The position numbers and the translations under genes are program-made. From Lingula anatina (taxonomy: Eukaryota > Animalia > Brachiopoda): a DNA stretch of 64,000 bases. Below are positions 12,257-25,042 of the stretch, piece by piece. Positions within the stretch are counted from its first letter, which is position 1, and each line of letters begins with the position of its first letter. Below the pieces are notes generated by a model, which made no database searches, was not told where the DNA came from, and saw only the letters and a program-made list of their open reading frames with translations. The DNA is taken from contig CM120643.1 of NCBI GenBank assembly GCA_051362555.1, forward strand, positions 124,001 through 188,000. The letters are read 5' to 3'.

Positions 12257-15200
12257 ATGCCGTCGACAAGAAGAAAATCTTCATCGACGTCTTTAAAGAG
12301 GAGAATTGTTGAAAGTTGCTCCACGCTTTTCAAGCAGAGGAAAAAGAAGAAGGATCATACCAGCGCAGAGAATGTAGAGAAATACCACACACCAGAAAAG
12401 GTAGATCTAAGCTCTAATATTCGATTTAAATAGTTCAAAAGCCGAAAGTCTTTTTGATAGATAAAACATCACTTGAAAAATCTTTCTTCCGGGCCGTATT
12501 TATGTTACAACTTGTTATGTTAGCTCTACATCAAATTTATACACTTGCATGTACACAAAAATGCATGTGAATCTGTCAATGTATTCTATAAACCCTATTA
12601 GCTAGATAAGGAAGACGTTAAATCGGCATTATTAAGATGATTGTTAATGAAAATATAAACCAAATGTGCAATTTCCGCAAAGACAGAATTTAATAGTGAT
12701 ATTTATGAGTAACATTATTTCGGTGAGTTTTTAAATTTTTTCTATATTTGAAAAAATATTAAAAACAAGGTAGTTGACTCAAAATTACTTGTATTTTACG
12801 GTGTACAAATAGGCCGATGTTTGCCGTTAGGGAATAATGGTCGACCTAGCTGCATTTTTTAAGTTATATTACCATTACTTATTTGTTCATTTGTATATTA
12901 TTACATGATAGTATATGTCCAAGCAATAAAAACCCAGAACAATCTGATGAAAGCTGGATGTATCCAGCAAATGTAACAAAATAAGTATTAAATCGGGGGC
13001 GCTAAAGTTATTGTCTAGTGTTCAGTTTCGTTTTTCAAGAACGCACCTGGCAACCAGAAACTAGTGTCGTTTTTCAAAAACGATTCTAGTTCCACATCTG
13101 GTGGACTGTTTCGAGAGTACGGTGATGACAAGAGAACTTACGACAGAACTTTTCGACTGAATTTAGCTATGAGATAACGACTGCTTCGTGAAACACCCCT
13201 CGAAAATCATTCGAATCACGTGGCTAGCACGTTGCATTGGCGTTATAATGTGACAGCAACGTGCTAGCCACGTGGTCCAAACGTGACGTGTTCGCTGGGT
13301 AGACTCTGATCAGAGGTCGTCTCGGCCTCCCCGCAGGGCGGAGATTGACCGTAACACCCTGCCCAGCTTCCACAGTGAGGTTTACCTTTTCACTCTTGTC
13401 TCCTACCGCAAAAACGACTCTCGATTCTCAGCATTAGAATCGATTATTCTGAAAAACGACGCTAGTTTCTGGTTGCCAGAATAGCTTTTGAAAAATAACA
13501 CTGGTTACTATATTAATCTATATTAATCTATATTAATTTCTGGTTACTATATTAATCTTTAAAAAAAAGAAACTAGTTTCTAGTTGCCAATCAGGTTCGT
13601 TTTTCAAAAAAGGACACTGGTTTCTGGTTGCCAGAAACTATAAACTAGACACTAACTTCAGCACCCCCTATAAGTCGGCACATTGAAAGCAGCCCCTTCG
13701 TACTGGTGCCATAAGTACGCAGTCAAAATTATTTCAATTTTCCTTGTGGTGTGTAATATGATGTATGGCGCTAAAATATATTGTCAACTACAACGCAATA
13801 GGTAAGGACGCTGTTGTTTTAGATCTTAAATAGTAAATTTGTAAAGCATTTTAATCATAACTCGTAATTAATCAGAGGTCTAGACTGTTCACATCTGTAC
13901 ATGTGCCAAAGTTTTGTTTTCACACCCCAGGTGGACGCTACAGTTGATGGCGCGGGCTGTTCGTCCGCTGACGCCAGGGTAGACTGTGGTCAGATGCACT
14001 ATGCCAGCACACCGCGTTCTAAATCCCGGCTTCAAGATGCCAGCACACCGCGTTCTAAATCCCGGCAGTTGGACCTAATTAAGGACTACTGGACTGTCCG
14101 CGAAGATTTGTCACCTGGTTTGAGGAGTGGGAAACCATTGCACACTTTGTCTAATACAGACACCGAAACCCCGCGGAAATTGAAAAGTGATTCATCCCCA
14201 AAGACACAAGACAGTGCCAGAACAATACAAATGGCCGCTAACAGGACACCATTGACGGTCAATGACAGTTGTAAAGAGGCACAGTCCAAGAACTGCAACA
14301 CAAGACGAAACAATCCTGATAAAAACAACAATAAAACCTCAATCAGCGCCAAACGTCGCCTTCTCAGTCAGCCAATTACAGAGGACAGCCTTGAGTTCCA
14401 TCCCGCAAAAAGGCGCTTGCGGTGTGATAAAGTTGATGCGGGATGTCCTTTGTCTGAAAAAGAAATTTGTTCTCCAAAATCAGCATATCCAGCTCCAGAC
14501 AAAACAATTAATGCTTCTGAAACTACGCACCAAACACTGAAAATGAAGACACGCTCAGCATCTAAATTGAGTTCTTGCTTTTCTAATAGGCAAACTTCCG
14601 TGTACAAAGCAGATGATCAGACTACAGATGCAAATGTTTTCAAAACGAACCCAACATTTCCAAAAGAGACAGAAAATCATGTTTTGAAATCGAAGATCAG
14701 TTCTAGCCAAGCTAAGCCAGGTGCTAGTAATTGCCAATCAGCAGGTACTACAGGTCCAGGGAGGACAACTGGTGGAGATGGGGGTGCTGCTGGAAGTTAC
14801 TGTCCCTTCACTAACACCACTAACCAGGCATCACATATGTTATCATCCGGGACATGCAATCACTCGCTTACACACGGACCAGCCAGTATATCGCCTAGGT
14901 CACAGAGGGCTGCCCAAGAAACAACTTTTATTGCCGCCACTTCTAAAGATGGCGTTCGCGGCAGTAACATGCACATCCCGCGGTTAAAATTAAGAAGTGA
15001 AGTAGACACGGGTGATCTCTGGGGCGGTCTGCCAAATACCCCGAGAAGCAAGCGACAATATATTTCAAAAAAGAGAAACCTATCTGACGTCAAGGACGCA
15101 GGAGAAACAAGGTTACAAGTAGATCAGGAGTTCCCCAAGACATCTGACGACACATTACACAACAGTGACCCCAACACAGCCATCTTCTCCAGTGACACAG

Positions 15201-18200
15201 CTGGGCCAACCCCACGGCGGATTGATCAAAAATGCACAGAAGATAAATATACCTCGGACCGAGAGGAAATTGGAACCGAAGATGGAGTGCCAACCATGGC
15301 TCTTACAGCAGACGACACGAGAACTGGACACACAGAACATAAGTGTAAGAGGGTTGGCAATAACACGCCCAATAAACCAGTGCATTCACTGCTGACGAAC
15401 ACATATATCTATGAAACTTTACAAAAAGTTCTCAACTCGATTAAACCAAAAATACCCAAGAAATGCAAAGTGGTTCTTAATATTTCCAATGCAAGTAAAA
15501 CAGTTAGCCCCGAAAAGAAAATTAACATACATCAAAAACATGCAGGCAGGAAGACCACCGGTGTCCCTAAGTCGTCAATAGCTGCTGATAAGCGTGTAAT
15601 AGATAACCATTCAAAACCAAAAGAAGTGAATACAGAGGTCTTACCAAGAAAGTTGAACTCGACCAAAGAGGGCACAAACTCAGTTGTAACATCTTTTGAA
15701 TTAACAGATGCTGTTGAAACCAGTCAAATACACACGAATGCAACTTCAGGGTCTCCGTCTGATGGATCGCACTCAGAAAAATGCAGAAGTTCAATAACGG
15801 AGCCGCAATGTAGCCCTGTGGTAGTGAAGGACGATGTCAAAATATCAAGAGTAACAACCCCCACAGAAACAACAGAGTTTAACACCTCAGCTGATGAGGT
15901 GTCATGGACGCCTCTACTTGCCCATACCGGAAATCAGGAGAAGTGTGAAACACCGGCAATAACACTACACGGAGACGGTATCAAGACAGAGGAGTTTCAT
16001 GGGATATGTTCTAGGACAGAGGTACCGGAAGATACAACCAACGATGAAACGACTTCATTTTTGACTCCAAAGAAATATTTCGGAATCAAAACGCACACGC
16101 CGTCGTCCACGTCATCCCTAGAACGTGCAGAGTACCAGACAGCCTGTGCCCCCGTCGATAGGCATTCGGTTAAGCCACGTCTTATGCACGAGTCGATTTC
16201 AAATAAATCGTCAATAGTTGAAAACACAAACAAAGGCAGTGCTTTGATAAGAAGTATGCTGAGTCCTGTAACTGGCCCATTACCGCGGAGGATGACTGTG
16301 ACCACCACGCAGGATGAGTCGCTGACAACGGAAACAATGGAAAGAAATACAAACGTGAATCCTGAGAGCAACACCTCATTTCACGCGATGAAAGAATCTA
16401 AGGATAGGAAGCCAATCAGCCCACGAAGAACTAGTACTCCTACCGACAAGACACCGCCACAAAAGAAGACAGTGGCCATGGACGAGACGACACCCAAACG
16501 TAGCGCACGGATCAGCGAGAGGACTCTCAACAGACGGTTCCTGCAAGACTCCGAATTTGTGTATTTCTCACCTGGAAGTGGGAGGAAAAATACGCCTTTG
16601 GGAGACAAAAGGTTAACAATATCCGATAAAATGCCTGTCAGCGTAACGCCGATTCCACCATCAAATGCAAAGATGGCCGCACACCGTACGAAACTGAACC
16701 GAGCCTGCCGTAATACCAGTGGCACAAAAACCGAGTTATTTCCAGAGGATAAGACGGTCAGTACCGACACAGAATCTGGTTCAACCGCAGTTACTGCTCG
16801 TGACCGTCACATCGCAACATCACCAAAACTTCAGGCCAGCATTCAGGAACATAACACATCTACCGAGCAGGAGCGTCCTCCAATCCGTTTGAAAATAACC
16901 TTGCATCCGGAAGGGAACCCCAAGTGCATAAACAAAGATACCGAAGTGAATAAGACTAACGCACTTACAGGATGTAAAAAAGCCGTCGAAGTAAAACCTA
17001 TTACGTTTTCTTTGCCGAGAAATGGCATGTCGTCTACCAGTCAAAAGTCTCCTACTCTCTCCAAAGACGACAGCCCGATGACGGTGACACAGAGTTGCAG
17101 GCAAGTATAGACAAGCAGTGAGGCCCCATATGTTTGGCAACAAAATTCTTTAGCTAACTGTCAAACATACTGAAAAAAAATTCATCGAGTGGTAAAAAAC
17201 CCAATTTGTTATTTGGTACGTTTATGAAAGATTTGTAAAAAATCGACACCTAAAAAGTTATGCACATGTATGTTACGTATATATACTGTATCATCGCCAC
17301 CCTGTGTAAAATATATCGTTAACCAATATTAAACCTCGCACTGGAATTTATGTATATTTTCTGTATTTTCATGTAAAAACAGCTTGGAGGAAGTTGTGTC
17401 GTGCCTCTCTGTAGATAGACATAGTATCAGCGGGCCCTCAGTCGACTGTGTCTGTTCTAACAGAGAGAGAGAGAGTAAAACAATGCCCGAGAAAGACACA
17501 CAAATTGCAGAGGAGACCGTTCCCGGCAGTAACGATATGTCGTCAAATGCCAAGTCTTTGAACGACAGCAGTAATGAGTTGAACACTTCTACGTCATCAA
17601 CAACAACTCCCCCAGTATTACCAGCGCAGACATCTATCAAAAAGAAAGCTGAAATGCTCGGCCTTACCTCGCAGAGGAAACAAACCCAAGACGACACAGA
17701 TAAAGATCCTCATGGCACCATACGCCCCCTGGTGGCTGGCAGTTTACACACCCCAGCGCCCCCTGGCGGACACCCTGTGGCTGATAAACCAAAGGACAGT
17801 CAGAGGAACCTTAACCCGAGTGCATTTTTATTGTGGGCAAGGTAATTTCGTTTATTTAGGTGGAAAGGGATTACAATTGTATTCTTCTTGATACTGGAGT
17901 TTAGAAAACAGTGGATATTTGAAATGAGAGAACTGTGGGTATCTGATAAAATTACTTCACTTTTATTTTGACCAATCTACGAACTAGCCTACTCACTATT
18001 ATCGGAGGGAGTACGGGTAGGAAGGGCGACGGTGCTTCTGCTATAAGTGTGCACAAATCGAGGTCAAATCGAGTTTCTTTTAAAACGTTATACTTTTTTA
18101 GAAACTACACCGGTAATATCAAATTTTCATTGCGCAATGAATTTCATTATTTGAAGGTGACGTTCATAAATTGAAAGACCGTACTGGGGTAAGGCCTAAT

Positions 18201-20461
18201 TATTAAGGGGCTGCAAATTTGTAGTGCATCTCACATAACGAAAAAGCAAATCTGCCACATTTGGAATTCATAAGTTTTCTTTGGTGGACTATGTAGTTGT
18301 CTTCGTGTCATCTTAGTGAGCGCCGCTCTAAGTTCGAGCAAGGGTATCCGGCCAGTAGCGATGAGCTGGTCGATCTACTTCTTGAGCGGAAGTGGTGCGC
18401 CACGGAAGACAGCGAGAAAGCCCCGTATGTTGATCGGGCAAGACAAGCCCTGGGAGAACCTGTTGAACCCACCGCTTCACCGCTGGGCAAGAGAAAGAAA
18501 CGTATGTTTATAATGTTACTCACTGCAACAACTGTGAAAAGAAGGCTGCTCTTATTGAGATCGAAACGCTTCTTAGCAAATGGTAACGAGTTCCTATTAT
18601 TTCAAACCATTATATCCAAGATGTCAGAATGGAAAAGAAAAAAAGTTGGGTTTATGAAATATAAAAAATTACAGTATTTTAATATTTTCACATTGTATTC
18701 AGGAAAAAAGATCATAAAGAAAACGCCTCAGAAATCAGTGCGCCTATCAACCGATTCCCAAACTACAAACAGATGCCCGGGAAAATGCCCAAAGAGCCAT
18801 GACAATCCTGCGCCAGTCTCACAACCACTGGAGTCAGCAGCAGCATGTCCTGACACGGATGACGGACAGACCACCATAGGCCCCGAGCCTCCCTCTGTTT
18901 CCTCAGGCTCCTCGCTGCAAGATGATTCCACGATAAAAAGTTCCCGTAAAAACGAGCAGCTAGATCCATTTTTCCGGCTATCAGTAAGGGAGCAGTATAA
19001 AGTGATTGAGCAAAAGTTACAACGACTTCGGCGGTACCTTCAGAAGGACGAGTATGACCAAATCATAGCCGACTTCAAACAGGACTACAGCAAGGCCAAA
19101 CAACAACTGGTTCCAGAGAGAGGCGTCCCGCTGGGCAGGTGCACGAGGGAGTATCTTGACGAGGTCTCGAGGAACCTCCTCTACTACAAGATACTAGAGC
19201 TGGAGCCCAGAGTGTGCGAAATGAAATTCTTAAAGTATGTAGTTCTGAAAATGAACTTCGGTGGATTAAATTCATTGTTTTAACTAATGAAATCGTAGCA
19301 GAGAGTTCTCGTAATCAACCAAAAGCGTGGGGTTTGATCAGTTGAAAAAGCCTGGCTGTATGTCCTTATTATACACGTTTCATCATTTTATTTTTTCTTA
19401 GGCTGGAGAACCATCTGGACAGTCTGTTGAACCTTATCAAGCCGGCTGAGGCTCGAGGAACGCCAGGACAAACGGAACAGGAACAAACTTATGTTGATCT
19501 TTTATCCGTCCTAGAAACAGACCTGCAAAAAGTTTCTTTATCCGCCCAACACAAACCAAAACCTCATCGAACATCCAGTATGGAGAACATTTTGTCAGAG
19601 CTCAAGAAAACAGAGATGGGGGTGTCTTTCCCCTGCCCCTCCATCCTAGGAGGCGGTTCAAACATTGACACAAGCGCTGGCGATGTTGGTATAACTGGCG
19701 CTTCTAACAGAGGCAAGGCTCTACTGGTCGCCACACCGAGTGCCATCGGTGCAGCTCTGGGTTCGGACAAAGGTTTGACAATGGACCCCACAGGTGCGGT
19801 ACCCCACACCTCATGTTCTGATGTCATACCGCTGTCCTCTGAGCAGCTGCCACTTCAGTGTACCTGCAGTGAGCCCCTCCCGTTAATAGAGCAACATGTC
19901 TTAGACGAGCAACTCCGCGCAGTGGGATGTGGACAGGAAAATTCACCGCAACGACGGCGGTCGGACACAGAAATTTACCGTAGTTCCGCAGCTGAGAGTC
20001 ACTTTATCCACTTGGGCTATTTCTCCTCCAAAAGTTGCCTGTCTTTGGCCGGAACTGGTTTTCACTCACTCCGGTGTGGCGAAGAATGTGGCACCAAGAC
20101 CTTGGACGCAATGAATGGATCGTGTAACAGAATTTATTTCTCCGGCACGACTGCTAAACCAATGCGTTCTTCGAGAGAAGTTGGAAACAATGTTTTCCCA
20201 GCAGATTCATCATCAACATCAGCTTCGTTCTTTAAAACTCCCATGGAATACATGTCTTCGGCGTGTCCTTTAACACAGAAGATCACGCCTGACACAAAGT
20301 CTAACCAAATTGAGACAGCGTCCTCCGACATAATAAGTAGAGTGTGCAACCACCCCGGGCGTAGCTCCGACGTGGATAGCGTAACGTCGGATGAGTCGAG
20401 CGTCAGTAGTGTAATCTTGTCAATTGCAGACAAATGTATAGGAGCTGGGTTTAGTAATTAG
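12257..20461 (+). CDS. Large Ser/Thr-rich, mostly disordered nuclear protein with one HMG box (~1849 aa, 6 exons)
   Basis: Exons 12257-12400, 13931-17100, 17383-17841, 18317-18501, 18703-19234, 19402-20461. All phases match (0,2,2,1,2) and total 5550 nt. The spliced HMG box reads NPSAFLLWAS|ERRSKFEQGYPASSDELVDLLLERKWCATEDSEKAPYVDRARQ. Basic NLS-like stretches RKKKK and KRKKRKK. Confidence 0.8.
12995..13668. mobile_element. MITE-like element in intron 1 of the HMG-box gene
   Basis: GGGGGCGCTAAAGTTATTGTCTAG at 12995 matches the reverse complement of CTAGACACTAACTTCAGCACCCCC ending at 13668. Sub-terminal inverted TGGCAACCAGAAACTAG motifs. Internal 19-bp hairpin at 13217-13274. Confidence 0.65.
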
Positions 20462-20975
20462 ACCACAGAAGCTAAGACCCCTGAACGCTGAGTAAATATA
20501 ATTTAATAAAGCTAAGCACTTCTAGGGCTCTGTCTGATTGCATATGGTTACTGCATAAAATAGAACTTGAATATGTGTGAAATAAACTTTCGAGAAAGTG
20601 ACATTTTTTAATTACAATATTAAACACATTTCATCTTAAACGATTACCAGTAAATAAATTCCAACATTAAAAATCCTTTTTTCGTTTCACTTGGTAGTTT
20701 CAGAGATGCACCAACTAGCGTTCACTCTGATTATGGAAAAATGAACGGGCACTGTTTATATACTTGGTATCCTAAAATGTCCCTAAATAGTTAATGAATT
20801 TATACTATGCGCGTTTAGAAATTTCCCAAAGTCACATTTTCAAAGTTTCCTTCTGTACCAGACTGAGACTGATTGGTAGGGACTCGTATTATTTATTATT
20901 ATACCTGTAATAGGTTGGACAGTGTGAGATGACAAATGTCTCTAATAATAACGAACAGAACAAATTACGTGATAA

Positions 20976-21006
<31 letters not shown>

Positions 21007-21359
21007 CATTCGGAATGAACTAAACGAACTAAAAAATACTTATCTCTATAACAAAATAAGACTAAATTAAAATCTTAAAAAAACAAAAACAAACAAGCCA
21101 ATATTTACCTGCAATAGGTTGGACAGCGTGAGTTAACAAATGTGCCGCCAAATGAGGGAGGGCATGTATTTATAGTAAAACGGACGAATACGAACGACGA
21201 ACACAAACGAAAAGACACAAAAAGACACGATACATTACCACAATCACACCTCACACTTACACATGTTACACTTCAAAGCTAAAAATGATTCGTGTACTTA
21301 TGTTATAATATCTCAACTACTGTCTATTAATGCATTCTGGACAAAATAGCTCAATCATC

Positions 21360-21394
<35 letters not shown>

Positions 21395-23483
21395 ATGAGA
21401 GTACATGTAAAGATATAAAAATGCTTATCGACGCCGGTAACATCATAATTTTCCTAGGGAAAAAACACCGCCACATTGACATAAAGACCTTATATACTGT
21501 ACAGTGGCACTCTGTGGCTTTTACTGGGCTATTTGTAGTCTAACTTATATTTACTTCTCAAATTTAGGTTAATTGCCGTGGAAGTACCGGTCATAATTAA
21601 TCACTGACTGTTACTAAGAGAAACCGAAAATGTCAATGAACGCATTAAAAAAAAAAAGGTTTACAATCACCCCAATAAAATTTAAAACATGCTCGCAATG
21701 CAATGTCTGATTGCCTTGAACTCTTACTCAATACCAGGGTGCATATCTGTCTTTAGTGACGGTATTGTTATCAAGCCAGTGAAGCGTTACGTAACAGACT
21801 AACTGCAGCCCTTCTGGTCAGATACCTGGCCTAGTTTTAACAAGTTGCAAGCCTGTCAAGTTATCAATTAAAGACAAACAACCCAGTTGGAAGCCAGTCA
21901 ACTATTGAACGAAGACAAACAACCGCAGTAACCGTGTAGCTTGTCAGTGGGCTGAAGGCCGGCTACAACTGCCTCTAGTTACATACAACAATCAAAGAAC
22001 TTTTATTTCTTCAAATTTAACTTTATAAATATACTATATCAAAATGTATTTTGTTTCCCAAAACCCGTTGTCAATAAAAAAGCAAACTGGACGCTATGTG
22101 TGCGTGTTATTCCTTTTACTTGTCTACATCCATACTTGCGTGGCTGAAAATACGTGGAGTAAGAACAATACGCCTCCTCAGCCTGGCCCTGAAGTAGAAC
22201 ACGTTTTCACACATTCCTTATCTAACAGGTCAGGGTTGAGGTAGCCTTTTCTACAAAGGTGATCGAGGAGTTAGGCTCTATAGAAGCATATCGCACTTGC
22301 TGCGTCAGGTGGGGTATTTTACCTTAAAAATTATATGTCAGAGAGTAAGCGTCACGTCATTTCACCTACATTCCCAAAATAAAATCGTCACGTTGAGGGA
22401 CTGAGTTTCTATTTTTATTTACTGACCTAAATATTTCCTTCAAAGCATTTGGTTTAAGCCGGTTGGAGCAAGTAGGAGAATGGGGGTGTGTACTGGATAC
22501 TGTAATCTGATTGGTTATTTTTAGGTCATTGCGTAAACAATGGCTTTGCCTTCGAAAACACCAAAACAAATGAATCACAAGAGAGAAAAAGACGTATCTA
22601 TAGACTGAGGGAAAGTGAAGAGCACAGGTAAGTGTACGTATGTCTACCTGAGGAAGTCGTTTACAATCCTTAGTCATCCATTTTACCTGTACGTGTATGT
22701 GCTTCGTCAGTATACTAGAGCCTTTACGTGCATGTAAACAGGAGTTTGTTGTTTATTTTCCGATATAGATAAATATGAATCACAGAGCGACTGCTACATG
22801 GAGAGGGAAGTGAGGACTGTTTTCTTTAATTTTTTTCAAGACATCGACGATCGAGTCGGAACAAATAATGCTAACTTTATATCACAAATTAAAAACAATT
22901 AAAGGGGGTTGTACAGGTATTTCCACCTCTCAGTGGTTTCAGACGGGGTTGATGAGTTTTGCTGTAGTTCTCTGGTTAGTGCTATCTAATCTGGACATGT
23001 AATTCAGCGAACGTGGAATTCAGCAACAGTTTCATTTAAGTAGCGCCGTGGAGAGTTTTCTTTCGATGTTAAACATGTCAAACGTGTACTACATGTACTA
23101 GTATTATAGTGACGCGTAACTATGCATTAAGAAATCTTCTGTACACTTTTAAACACACTGTACAGAGTTACATGGGCTGCTATCTGTGCTGGGGTAAGCT
23201 GCCTGGACAAGAGGCAGTAAGAGGTACTGTTGTTGTCTTGGGGGGGGGGGGGGAGTTGGCACTGTACAGGGGTACCTGGACCGGTATCTCTGGGACGAAA
23301 TGCTTATTCTAAAATTTTAAAATTAGTTTTGTTTACCAGACGTGCCTACAAGCGCTGTAAACATTATTTTTTTCTCAATTTGCTACCAAGTAATCTGTGC
23401 TCTTGAGACCACTGGAGATCTAATCTCAAATTTGAAAAATGAGAAATGAAGGAAAGCGTCGGGTCTGTCCGGGAGTACTGCGA

Positions 23484-23647
23484 CCAGCTCCTTTGGCTCA
23501 GGTTTTATCACGGGTACCAGCTCCTGTAGCTCAGGTATTATCTCAGGTACCAGCTCCTGTAGCTCAGGTTTTATCTCGGGTACCAGCTCCTGTAGCTCAG
23601 GTTTTATCTCGGGTACCAGCTCCTGTAGCTCAGGTATTATCTCGGGT
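23484..23647. repeat. 33-bp tandem repeat, ~5 copies
   Basis: Unit GTACCAGCTCCTGTAGCTCAGGT(T/A)TTATCTCGG. Confidence 0.85.
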
Positions 23648-25042
23648 TCTACAATGTAACTTCCAGCTGTAGAGCAGCAGATAGTGTCTTGCAATAATTG
23701 ACCAGATGTTTACTAACGTCGTCTGTGTCATGAACAAAGAAAGGCGTTAACAGAGGAAAAACAGTATTTTGAAACTAACAGTCATCAGTCGTTTGAAAAA
23801 CGAATACGTTTTAATCATTTATTTTATTCTAAACAACAGTAGATTTACCTGATCTGCGATTAATTTATAACCCGAAAGCCATTCCTATTACACATATCAC
23901 AAATAAATATTTGAGTGCTGTATTTTCTCTACATATATCAGGTAAAATGTAATAGTACGACTAATTTTTCCACGATAATTATTTCTTAAAATGTTTGTCT
24001 GTCTTCATTATTCCACTGCACAGTGTTCGCCAGCGGCTACTAACCAGACAGTGAGCGAAGAGCGTCCTGTGTTACCGGTGCAGTACCATTCTGACTATTC
24101 TGTATGGCAATCTCATTCATAACCTGGTCAAGACGCTTCTTTTTGTTTTCAAAGTACACGTATGATCATCAGACTTTTTGTGTTTTACTCAGCGTTAGGA
24201 AGAAGTGTGTAAGTCTGTTAGTCTGGTAGCATTCAGCAAGAGTCCCCGTGGACTTAGTGCGCGGTAGCTAGGCCGATAAAATCCATTGTGAACGCCCCCT
24301 TTCAATCAGGACATGGACAGTATGGTGGACAGTTTGACCGGACTGTTAGCAGCTGGGATCAGTATAATAGCTGGTATAGATATGGGTTGTAAACAAACTG
24401 CTGACATTAAACAATTAAGTGTATGTGTTAAAAACAGAACTTCAAATATGAAATATAGCCAAAACATATCAATCATCTTTCTGGATTGATGAATACTGGT
24501 GCTTGTCTTTTTGGAGAGTTGCAGATGTACCCCATATAGGTAAACCATCATTTTGTTTTTGTAAATAACTGAATTGTATGTTTTCAGTTATTTTCTCTTC
24601 TCTGTGGATTAGTATCAGCATGATTTCTCTTGATGCTGTCATACTGTGGGAAACTGAATTTGCTCTCGTGCACGCAAATGATAGCCCCTTTTACACCGGA
24701 GCTTGCAGTTGCTTAGAAAACACATTTTTGCCCTCTCTAAATTTAAAGTTACGACTTTGACAATAATTGATAGTCATCTTCAAATTCACACAGAGGTGTT
24801 AATGCACCTAACTATTGCATCATTTTTGTTACATATTTGCGAGAGTGGGTCAAAGTTCGTTCTCCTAAGGGTCACAAACTCGGTCTGCGCTCTCTGAGTG
24901 CTTTTCTAGTTTCAACTGTAAGAACACGGATTTATCTACCCCAATGCACGTTTATGCAGTCCATCTATGAATATTTTAAATTTCATTTTGTAATTACAGG
25001 CACCTACGTCCTGCTTGGGTCATTGAACATAAATAAGCAAAA

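Noticed and set aside
20900-21270. Possible solo LTR with primer-binding site (minus TGTAACA...CA-TT-TGGCGGC) and a 40-bp direct repeat
   Set aside because: No second LTR, TSD or coding remnant found.
23383-23694. ORFs with PELQELVPEIK / VPAPVAQVLSR repeats
   Set aside because: Explained by a 33-bp tandem repeat, with no gene context.
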